A stretch of 52,405 nt of DNA from Macrostomum lignano. Lineage: Eukaryota. Below the pieces are notes generated by a model. The model worked only from the letters and a program-made list of their open reading frames with translations. It did not search any database and was not told the origin of the DNA. Shown one piece after another: positions 41,401 to 52,405 of this stretch. Where the stretch lies: positions 1 to 52,405 of the forward strand of contig NIVC01003720.1 of the NCBI GenBank assembly GCA_002269645.1, given 5' to 3'. The translations under genes and the position numbers were made by a program. How positions within the stretch are numbered: position 1 is the stretch's first letter; the number at the start of each line of letters is the position of its first letter.

Positions 41401-43747
41401 ATGAGTCCAAATTTCAGCATGTAGCCAATCTGTTAGAATGGATGTAGAGTAGGGTTTTTAACTTTAATTTTGCATTAATTTTTAACTAGGTTAAAAATGA
41501 TTACACAAAATACATAACAATTACATACCTTGTCTCGGCCCAATGAAAAGTGCTTAGCAATTTCACTATCAGGAAACATATCTTGAAATGTTTCTAGCAG
41601 CCCATTAGCCAAATGCATGCTGTAGTTTTTTTCAGCACAAAACAATGCCCACGTGACTTCAGCCTTTAGGACAGCCTCCCTAGTGAAGTAGTTCAACTTA
41701 AGGACAGTAGATTGCTGTGGTTGCTGAAGTGCTACTAGTTGTTCTTGAACTGTAACTGTTGCTGTAGATGGCTCCACAGTGTCGCTGATACCATCCTTGG
41801 GCTTCTGTGACTGCTGCTGAGATGATGACAGCATTGTACAAACACTGTACTGGGAACTCACAGCAGTGGCATTCTTTACATGTGTTGACTGGCGCATGTG
41901 GCTATCAATTGCAGCTTTGCCCATGTTTCTCAGCTTGAATTTTTTGTTGCAGACAGCACAAAAAGCAGCAGCTGAATCCCCTGGTGCCTTCTTTAAAAAG
42001 GTTACATATTGTGGAAAACAGTTGGCATTCAGCCAAGCATCCAAGAACCTTGACATGATCGGGACTGTGATAGCGCAGTGCTCAGTGCTAGAAGAAAAAT
42101 TCAGGAAAGCTAGTAGATCGTAGAATACCAGGTTCAAGTAAACCTCATACAATTCTCTACACTATATAAAACAAACTGTCTTCATTACATAATATGAACT
42201 GCTTCTACTAAATTCATCTATCTGAAGAAATGTCAAGACATTACAATTATAGGGTCTTGTAGATTGATTAAATCTAGATTATTTATTTCTTGTATTATAC
42301 TAACTGAAGAACAAAATTAAAAGTATAAAATAAAAGACTTTTGCTATAAATATACAACTTAATAAGAATATAACTATACAGGAGAGGTTGTATTTGTAAC
42401 ATACTATGACATGGTAGCAGCATTTTTAACACCAAAGTTTCTATTACATCATATAGCATAATGGCATGCATTACTAAATTATAGTCTATTTCCAGTTTCA
42501 CATTACACAGATCATAGGAAGAATGATAAATTCCAGGTTTCCCCTCCCACATTGGTGTATTTCCAGGTTTTTTCTTCTGTTTTGGGGCGTTTCCAGGTTT
42601 TTCCAGGTTTCTTTGCATTTCCAGGTTTTTCCAGGTTGCGGAGACCCTGTATATGTTGTTAAGTGAGGTGGGTTGTCTAGGGGACTATATTATTAAGGCT
42701 AAATGTTTTGTTATCTAATTAGTTTTATATCTATTTTTAGGTGGGCATTTTTTGACTTACATTGGCTGGGCCCCTTGCCAGTTATATTGTTTTGTCTTTA
42801 GTTTTATTTATTATTTCTGTGGTTGAATAGATAATTATTTCTTATAATTAGATACCCTAATAGGTTTTTAAGTTGCTCACTTCAGATAGTTCTTTTAGTT
42901 GGTCATTTCTATATGATTAGTTGATTCCCAAATGCTACATGTATATGTCATGCCTTAGTGCTTATCAATATTACCAGACGATCAGAACATACTATTTACC
43001 ACTGATGTAAAAAGTTACATACAAGCCACATTATTTAAGCTGCAGAATCACAGTGCCTGAGTAGGATGCCAAATTGAGAGCTTGAATACTAGCTTTCATC
43101 AGTCAAAAAAATCTAAATCAAATGGAATAACAAAATCTTTGCCCTACCTTTTATATTGCTAGGCATAGAAGTTTTGAAAACTCAAGAATTCCAATAAATC
43201 TGAAATGATTGATGCTTATTATCAAATATAAATTGCAAAAAAATATTTATAGCTAATCCAATTAGGTTACAGTAAAATTTCACATTTTAAGCCAACTCAG
43301 GTATGCGTTTCTAACTGACTTGCATTGCTCACTCAATCCCCCACACTCGCACGTTGTGCAGCTCTGGGCGCCGCCTATGGCACAGCCAAGTCTGGCACTG
43401 GCATCGCTAACATGGCGGTGCTGCGACCCGAGCTCATCATGAAGTCCGTGGTGCCAGTTGTCATGGCCGGTATCATCGCCATCTATGGCTTAGTAGTTGC
43501 TGTGCTCATCTCACAGAACATGACGCCTGATTACACCGTTGAGAAGTCGCTCCGTCACCTCGGCGCCGGCCTGGCCGTCGGCCTCAGTGGTTTGGCCTCC
43601 GGCTACGCCATCGGCATTGTTGGCGATGCCGGGGTTCGCGGCACCGCCCAGCAGCCGCGCCTGTTCGTCGGCATGATCCTCATCCTGATCTTTGCCGAGG
43701 TGCTGGGCCTGTACGGCTTCATTGTGGCTCTCATTCTGTCCGTTTAA
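32442..43747 (+). CDS. ATP6V0C: V-type H+-ATPase 16-kDa proteolipid subunit c (2 coding exons, 152 aa)
   Basis: Exon 32442-32514 ([25 protein letters not shown]|GTAAG) plus exon 43362-43747 ([16 protein letters not shown]...RPELIMKS...[23 protein letters not shown]). The phase-1 junction is in frame and the proton-binding Glu in FAEVLGLYG is present. Confidence 0.96.
32832..33580. mobile_element. Non-autonomous hAT-like element (MITE)
   Basis: Ends CAGTGATGGAT / ATCCATCACTA (inverted, 10/11). TTTCAATTT-type subterminal repeats at both ends. Flanks GCCTAGGC and CCATAGGC match 6/8 as a possible decayed TSD. No ORF. Confidence 0.55.
34697..34810. repeat. Long inverted repeat (~42-bp arms, 30-nt loop)
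   Basis: GCCATTTCTATTGGCAACACACATACATGTAAGTTGCTATTGG (34697-34739) pairs with 34770-34810 apart from a 2-nt indel. Confidence 0.85.
35187..38779 (-). mobile_element. Chapaev-type (CMC/Transib-related) DNA transposon nested in the hAT element
   Basis: About 170-bp imperfect TIRs beginning CACAGTGCTACCATAG / CACGGTGCTACCATAG. 4-bp TSD CCGT (35183-35186 and 38780-38783). Internal transposase. Confidence 0.85.
35910..37933 (-). pseudogene. Chapaev transposase, inactivated
   Basis: N-terminal H-X7-C-X2-C...P-X2-IC-X2-C and CNCKIC zinc motifs, [54 protein letters not shown]...ES.H. At least four in-frame stops and one frameshift near 36450. Confidence 0.85.
39350..42056 (-). pseudogene. hAT transposase, spliced, inactivated
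   Basis: N-terminal C2H2 (FCAVC...H....H), FPDSEIAK, intron 41528-41430, YDEALN (first Asp), [10 protein letters not shown] (second Asp), CSLH, FC.(R>C)WLEN, and [14 protein letters not shown] (catalytic Glu/dimerisation region). Contains stops and frameshifts; the 3' end is approximate. Confidence 0.75.
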
Positions 43748-44005
43748 ACATTCTATCCTGAGTTTGATTGAGTAGAACGGATAAGAGAGAGTCGACGAAA
43801 GAGAGAATGAGCACATTTAAATTGGCTTTTTGAGTTTTTGTTGGTGGGCTTTTAGTTTCAGCTTGATGAAGTGTTTTAATTACTGCTCGGAAATTTTGCT
43901 TGCAATATGCACGTAGTCTACTTAGTCTATTTTTGGGTATACAAGTGCGCATGGAGTTGGAAATCAGCTAGATGTACATTGGCTAGCGCCGCTAGGAATG
44001 TACAT

Positions 44006-44259
44006 GGCTGAGGAAGGCAATAAAACGAGGTAGAGGGGCGGGGTGGTGTTTAGATAGCGATCGATAAATGAGCCAATTAGAATTCTAGCCATGGGAAAGA
44101 GAAGATCCAGTATTGCACACAGCCTAAGCTTAGGGCTGAGGAAGGCAATAAAATGGGGTAGAGGGGCGGGGGTAATGTTTAGATAGCGATCGATAAATGA
44201 GCCAATTAGAATTCTAGCCATGGGAAAGAGAAGATAGCATTGCACACAGCCTAAGCTTA
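44006..44259 (+). repeat. Two-copy ~128-bp direct tandem duplication downstream of the V-ATPase c stop
   Basis: GGCTGAGGAAGGCAATAAAA...GCACACAGCCTAAGCTTA starts at 44006 and 44134. Confidence 0.9.
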
Positions 44260-46243
44260 AACTTATCATCATCTAGTTACTGTGCGCAAGAGGGTGAATC
44301 GGTCTCGCGTTTTGTGTCAGTTTTTGCTTTGTGTTTCGTCTCCGTAATCGCATAATGCGCCCGCTGGCGCCCCCACAATTCATATATTTTATTATATTAT
44401 TTATCATTACACTGTGTTGTCCGAGTAATATAATTTTATAATTAAAATACCCATTACTATCCGATTCTATAATGTTATCCTGATTATTTATTTATTTCAT
44501 GGCTTGATCTAATTTTTTGTTTGTAGTTCGCAGTGTCGCGCATTATAACAAAATATAATTATCATTTATTATTGTTGTTTATTAAAACATGCAATTCTTA
44601 TTCTGAGCTAATAGCGTCAATATGCCCTATTGATGTTTTATGTTATGTTGTCATTTTTCCTGGAATCCTATTATCGAGGTGACAAAGTTTGTTCCTATTA
44701 AAATAATGCATAGCTAGTTTATCATTATCAATCAATCTACCATTCTCTATCTAAGAATTTACTGAAATTGTTTTGGATTTCTTAAAAAATGCCTATTATT
44801 GATTTTATTATTGATAAAGAAGTCCAACTAATGAACTAGAAAATAAAAGTACAGAGCATAAAGATATGATGTAGCTTCATAATTGTAATTTTACTACCTT
44901 AATCGTTGTACTGTGGCTAACAATTATATATTAGTACTGTGCATTAATCAGTAGCCGTTTTCCTTGTGTTCAATTTAACTGGTAGCTACGCGCTGAACAC
45001 ACATTCTCTATCTGCTGTCCCGGGTTGCCTAGGTTAGTGCTATCTATCTATTTAGCAGCAAGCAGTTCACTGAATTCACTGCTTCATAGTAATCAAAATT
45101 AGCGCGTTTAAACTAATTTTTGTTTATTCTAAACCCAAGACAAAAATAAACGCGGATTCAAACTCTCATGATAACAAAATTATTAACAATTCCTTGCACA
45201 ATTTCGTTCGTCCCAACCGTACATATTTAATTGTGTGTTATTTTGTTAATTTCATTTAGAAATATTCTGCACGGATGCTTTTTTTCTGGATTTTATTGGC
45301 TATCAGATCTCTATAGTGAAAATAGAGTCAGCAAGAAATGCACCGACTTGGAGAAGTCAGTTCAGTGGACACCTGAGCAGATAAGGGAGAAGCTGAAGCA
45401 GAGCAACTGTTTTGTGGAGACGCCAAAGCCAAGGAGGCTAGAGATCGCGAGCTAGAAAAGTTGAGACAACACCAGGAGAATCTGAAGAAGACCCAGTTGG
45501 AAGCCAAGAAAGTCGCGATAACCGTGCTCTATACAGTAATCGCACGCTAGCACACTGTCGGCGCCATTGACTGCAAGCGTTTAAGACTCAAATATTGTTT
45601 AGTTTTGAGCCGGCAAAAAACTTTCCCATACAATTACTCAATTTTCAAAACCTGAAAATTAAAGAATTTGCATCGATAATTACAAGTCTTTTTTAAAATA
45701 AGTGCGGCCCGAAAAAAAACGGCTACTCCTCGCTCCCACCACTGGTCTTAATTGTCCTTTTCGGCATTAGAAATTGCACAAAATCGGTGGCGTAAGCTGC
45801 CTGTACAGTTCTTAAAGCATATACATTAGTACTGTATTGATCTCAAATCGTCAATCAATAGTATCAGTGCGTTAATATTTCATTCCCGAAAGTGGAAGCG
45901 TCTACGAGATAAGCCTATGGGGTATTATAGGGGGCCGCGACCATCTGTTGGCTAGGGAATTAAAGTAAGTTGCTCTAACAACTGCTGCCTGAACGTAAGC
46001 TTCAACCTGAAGTCGCGATTGCTTGCCTCGGCGCACAAGATCCGGGACAGCTGCCTACAGGCAGACTACGCTCGTTCGTTTGACACGAAATACATGTAGA
46101 TAATAATATTGGCTTCAATTACACTGTAATAGGCTTACTTTGCAAATCTCCTCTGCCATTGATTGTCTATTATCATCACTTCAAATTGAAACACTTGAAT
46201 TGCCAAGCTGGATTGGAACACTAGAGCTTTCAGTTTAGCGAAG

Positions 46244-47130
46244 TTGTCATTGTGTAACACCGGTTCATTACTAAGCTGTCATTGTGTAACACCGGTTCAT
46301 TACTGAGCTGTCATTGTGTAACACGTCATTACTGAGCTGTCATTGTGTAACACCGGTTCATTACTGAGCTGTCATTGTGTAACACCGGTTCATTACTGAG
46401 CTGTCATTGTGTAACACGTCATTACTGAGCTGTCATTGTGTAACACCGGTTCATTACTGAGCTGTCATTGTGTAACACGTCATTACTGAGCTTCATTGTG
46501 TAACACCGGTTCATTACTGAGCTGTCATTGTGTAACACGTCATTACTGAGCTTCATTGTGTAACACCGGTTCATTACTGAGCTGTCATTGTGTAACACCG
46601 GTTCATTACTGAGCTGTCAGTGTGTAACACCGGTTCATTACTGAGCTGTCAGTGTGTAACACCGGTTCATTACTGAGCTGTCAGTGTGTAACACCGGTTC
46701 ATTACTGAGCTGTCAGTGTGTAACACCGGTTCATTACTAAGCTGTCAGTGTGTAACACCGGTTTATTACTGAGCTGTCAGTGTGTAACACCGGTTCATTA
46801 CTGAGCTGTCATTGTGTAACACTGTGTACACTGAGCTGTCATTGTGTAACACCGGTTCATTAGTAATCATTACTGAGCTGTCAGTGTGTAACACCGGTTC
46901 ATTACTGAGCTGTCAGTGTGTAACACCGGTTCATTACTGAGCTGTCATTGTGTAACACCGGTTCATTACTGAGCTGTCATTGTGTAACACCGGTTCATTA
47001 CTGAGCTGTCAGTGTGTAACACCGGTTCATTACTGAGCTGTCATTGTGTAACACCGGTTCACTACTGATACTGAGCTGTCAGTGTATAACACCGGTTCAT
47101 GAATGAGCTGTCAGTGTGTAACACCGGTTC
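46244..47130 (+). repeat. 32-bp minisatellite CATTACTGAGCTGTCATTGTGTAACACCGGTT with 27/28-bp deletion variants
   Basis: Period 32 (46261 and 46293), about 27 units. Confidence 0.95.
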
Positions 47131-47753
47131 AATAATTTATCACTGGGCGGGCGATCATTTTGTCTCAATCTCATCCTTCTCCTTATAGTGAAAAATCACG
47201 AGTAAAAGAAACTGTCTGAGAGAGACGAACATTTGACACTCTTCCCGAAAACTGTGAACCAGAAGTAACAGCTATTGTTTGCTATCCAGAAGTCCTAAAA
47301 ACGGTCATATAAGATTTTATAATGTAATATAGACTCTAATGACAAAGCAAACAAGATATACATAGCTATCTACAGCAATTGTCTGATGGATAAACCAAAG
47401 GCCGTTCGTATAGAGTAGGCAATACATAACAGGCAGACAACCTACTCTAGTTTCTTGATGCACCGCACAACTAATTAACTACACTGCACAGTTCACATAT
47501 CCAAATTTCCGATAGCTCATATACGCTACTGACAGTAGAGCAGTTTGCATGTGGCGATGCAGAGAGAAAAATTGTGGAACATGAAAACTGAGAGAATCGG
47601 TGCAAACGATAAATGAAACTTATTGGATATTAAAAGACACAGACGGAGATACAATGCAATTTCAATCCCAAGCTTAAAAACCAACTATTATCCGTAAAAA
47701 TAAGAGAAAAATAACACAATCACAAGATCAGGCGACACGTGTTAAACCAGCAG

Positions 47754-49269
<1,516 letters not shown>

Positions 49270-51900
49270 CTGCTGTTTTAAGTGTGATAGGGGGGATGTC
49301 GAGTTTGTTAAGTAGATTTGCTTTTACGCTACTTGTAGTAGTTAAGGCTCAGGGTATGCTAGTAGTTTAAATAAGAATGGGTTTGCAGCTTTCTGGGGAA
49401 AGGTCCAAAACTTTGACTTTGACCAAAAATACTTGCATCAGACCTGACTATAGATTCCTAGTGACTATGAGGCTAAGAAAAGCAGACTTTCTTATTAGTT
49501 TTACTGTATTGCATATAGTTTCATTTCACCTTCAGATTTGTTTTACTTGCTCAATTACTTTGCAGTTGCTCTTTTACACCTTTATCTTAATTTTTCGTTT
49601 CTCAATATTTTCCTTTTTTATTAACTCTTCCAAATATGGATAACTGTCTAATCTATATTTTACTAAACTTTGTAATCATAACAATAGCTATTACCTTGCA
49701 ATCCAACACAAACAATAAAATATATAATATTTATGCAAGAGTACAGCAAAGTCTGATATGCTTTACACATACTAAATGAAATGAAAAATCTAAAGAAAGC
49801 TGAAGTTAAGGCCAAAAAACTTAATGACAAGAGTGAAGTGAAGAGATTATACAAACTTTTAATATGCTTTTGAATAAAACATTTTGGATCATCTTTGTCC
49901 TTAAATCTATACACTAGGATTAGGGAACACTAGTAACCTAGTGGCAATGAAACCAAATCAACCAGCAAACTAATTACAATAAAATAAAGAAATAAACTAA
50001 TAAGAAATACAAAATTAAGCATTAGCCTAGATTAGAAGCCAACTACTTTTCATATATAGGTATAATCATCATTTTATCGAGATTGAAAGATTGAAATAGA
50101 CCAAAAAACTAATTATACTGGATCAGGCAGTCTTTATCCCACTTTCATTATTGCTCTCCCTGTCTCTCAGCCCTATAGCCTATATTAAAATGGCTACAGA
50201 CTTAAACAGTCTACAAGGTCACTAGGTCAGGTGCTGAAATAAGCAAGTAATGATAACTTTAATATTTTGATTTTGAATCTTGAATTAGTTAAAAAGTTAT
50301 AGACACTAAGTTACTACAAACTAAAGGAAAGTATTAAAGCTGACTTTTGGAATAGGCCTGGGACTAAGAAGGCCTATCTAAGCAAAAATCAGCACTAAAG
50401 ACCCAATGAAGGAATAAGATACAAAAGCAGATATCCCTCTTAGGCCATAGTTTGGATAGCCAGATGTTACCCAAAAAGATGTGTGTGCTAAAATGCATTA
50501 GTGCACTGAGTGTAACAATGTTGAGTCTAAAATCTCATAGCCTCTAGCCACAAACACTAACATAAATTTAAAGAAATATGTTTTTTTAATAAATCTATTA
50601 TCCTTTATGATATTTACATTTGCAATATATTTGCAATATAATTTTTAAACTATGTATTTACAACTTTATGCTACATAAATTTTCTTTTTAATTTTTTTAA
50701 ATAGTTCAATTTTCATAAATTAAATATGATTTCTGTGCTTAGTACAAACAATAATCAAGGTGGTGGAGTCTAATATTTTAGTGGGACACTAGACATGGGC
50801 ACAGGTGTCTTGATAAGCTGCTAATTAGGGTTTAAAACCAAAAAAAAGCATTCAAAATTACTAATATTAGCTATTACTAAGCACTCAAATATCATATTCT
50901 TAAAACTGCAGGGGCACACAATGCATTGTGTCACATGGGCTCATTTTCTAGGGGGGAGGGGCATATGCTTCCATTCATTGCTGCAAACTCCTGTTGCCCA
51001 TGACAATAATGGCATGGTGTAGCTCTTATAGGTTCAGAATTAATGTATATACACGGTTATTTCCACCAAAATGGAACACAAAAGTGTCCACCTTAAAATA
51101 AAGAAAAAAATATATAAGTACTACAAAACTTTATTAGACTAATAAAAATATATGATAGCAATATGACACTCCAAAAGCACAAAAAATGCTTTATAGTGAA
51201 GCACTAAATTGTTGACTAGTTATAAATATTTTAAAATGATGTTTAATATTGTACAACTTAAAAAATAGTAAGTGTATCTAAAAAAAGAAGGTGTTTATTC
51301 AACAAAGAACTTAATACTTTTTTCTTATTAGACCTTTTTTACCTTTACTTTTTGTTTACTCACTTTATTTGATATAACTATTTAAAATGTTCATACATTT
51401 TTTGACTTTCATTTTTGCGACAGTCTATAGTAAGTGTGGCAAAGGCAATAGCAGTATTATAGGCTTTGATCAACTTTTACAATTACAAATGCATATGTAG
51501 TTTAGATTTTTCATGAATTTTGACAAAAAACTGATTAATTTAAAAGACAAAAAAAGTATAGAAAGGTCTATGTGACTGTTTAACATTTTTTGATATGAAA
51601 ACTGTCTTAGATATATTATTGACTTTGATGTTTATTGTCAGGCAAATTTCTCAGCAATGCAATACACTTGAAAAGCAACAAATGGCTTATTAGAAAGTTC
51701 AGGCTGAGTAGATTCATTTAATAAAAAATTGGTTCTCTACACATTGTATGTTGAATACTCTAAGGTTTCATAGAAATAGTCAATTGTGATATAGTTGTTT
51801 CAGTTACAAATTGATTAATTTCTCTGCAATGAAATATATTTGAAAAGCAACCAAACATCTATTACAAAGCTTGGAGTGTCTAGATTAATGTAATAAAATA

Positions 51901-52294
51901 CGAAGAGCTTGCGTGCACGGCAGCCGTTCACGTAAGCTCAGAATTGCGTGCACGGCGGCTATCTACCTAGTGCTTTATTTGCATGTATGCAGCCGTACAC
52001 CTAGTGTTGTAATTGCGTGCACGGCAGCCGGCAATTGGCCGGGACTGGGGCCCTTAAATCCACGCATTGGCATTGGCAAACCTAATTAAAAAATATTTTT
52101 ACTATATTGTTTTATAATGCTTTATCCCCCGTACACCATGGACTGCAAATGTAATCTTAATTCATTGTTTTTTTGTTAACTTGAATATTAATTCGAATAG
52201 TATATGACTTACTGTATAAGCCTATAAGATATAGCTCTGCCGTGCACGCAATTCTGAGCTTACGTGAACGGCGGCCGTGCACGCAAGCTCTTCG
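51901..52294. mobile_element. Non-autonomous Mutator-like (MULE) element / MITE
   Basis: About 60-bp TIRs (CGAAGAGCTTGCGTGCACGGC.GCCGTTCACGTAAGCTCAGAATTGCGTGCACGGC) and 9-bp TSD AATAAAATA (51892-51900 and 52295-52303). Confidence 0.75.
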
Positions 52295-52405
52295 AATAAA
52301 ATATTGGCTCTCTATATTCTATATGCTTAGGTACTTTTGGCTTTTGCAGATATTTGTTATTGTGCTATCCTAGTTTGACTTGGCAATAAAAAATTAATTC
52401 ATGTT

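Larger units (their letters stand above)
35013..42649 (-). mobile_element. Degenerate hAT-superfamily DNA transposon with 6-bp TSD
   Basis: Ends CAGGGTGTCC / GGAGACCCTG (9/10 inverted), TATATG duplicated at 35007-35012 and 42650-42655, CCAGGTTTTT subterminal repeats, and an internal transposase relic. Confidence 0.8.

Noticed and set aside
46244-47130. 32-bp repeats with internal palindromes as a CRISPR array
   Set aside because: Units are directly adjacent with no unique spacers, there are no cas genes, and the context is eukaryotic.
49300-52405. First coding exon of YIPF4
   Set aside because: No convincing phase-1 exon found in this AT-rich stretch; probably beyond the window.

Overview
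Eukaryotic, intron-rich animal DNA: GC-rich exons sit in AT-rich introns packed with mini- and microsatellites. The style resembles long-read flatworm assemblies such as Macrostomum, but that is inference only. By manual splicing I reconstruct six host genes. (1) An RGK-family small GTPase (+, 5' end outside the window, several 1-bp indels). (2) An intronless GT32/DXD glycosyltransferase (+). (3) Flattop/CFAP126 (-). (4) Head-to-head with Flattop, a 5-exon, 372-aa syndecan (+) whose ectodomain appears to contain a SEA domain with a MUC1-type G-SIVA autoproteolysis motif. (5) The V-ATPase 16-kDa proteolipid c subunit (+, 10.8-kb intron). (6) YIPF4 (-). The V-ATPase intron holds a degenerate hAT element (CAGGG ends, 6-bp TSD), and inside that a Chapaev-type element (CACAGTG ends, 4-bp TSD). 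Most long ORFs in the supplied track are translations of tandem repeats, not genes. The strongest novelty candidates are the SEA-syndecan, its shared RFX/CCAAT promoter with a ciliary gene, and an intronic minisatellite built from RFX X-boxes. All gene models are hand-derived and need RNA-seq confirmation.
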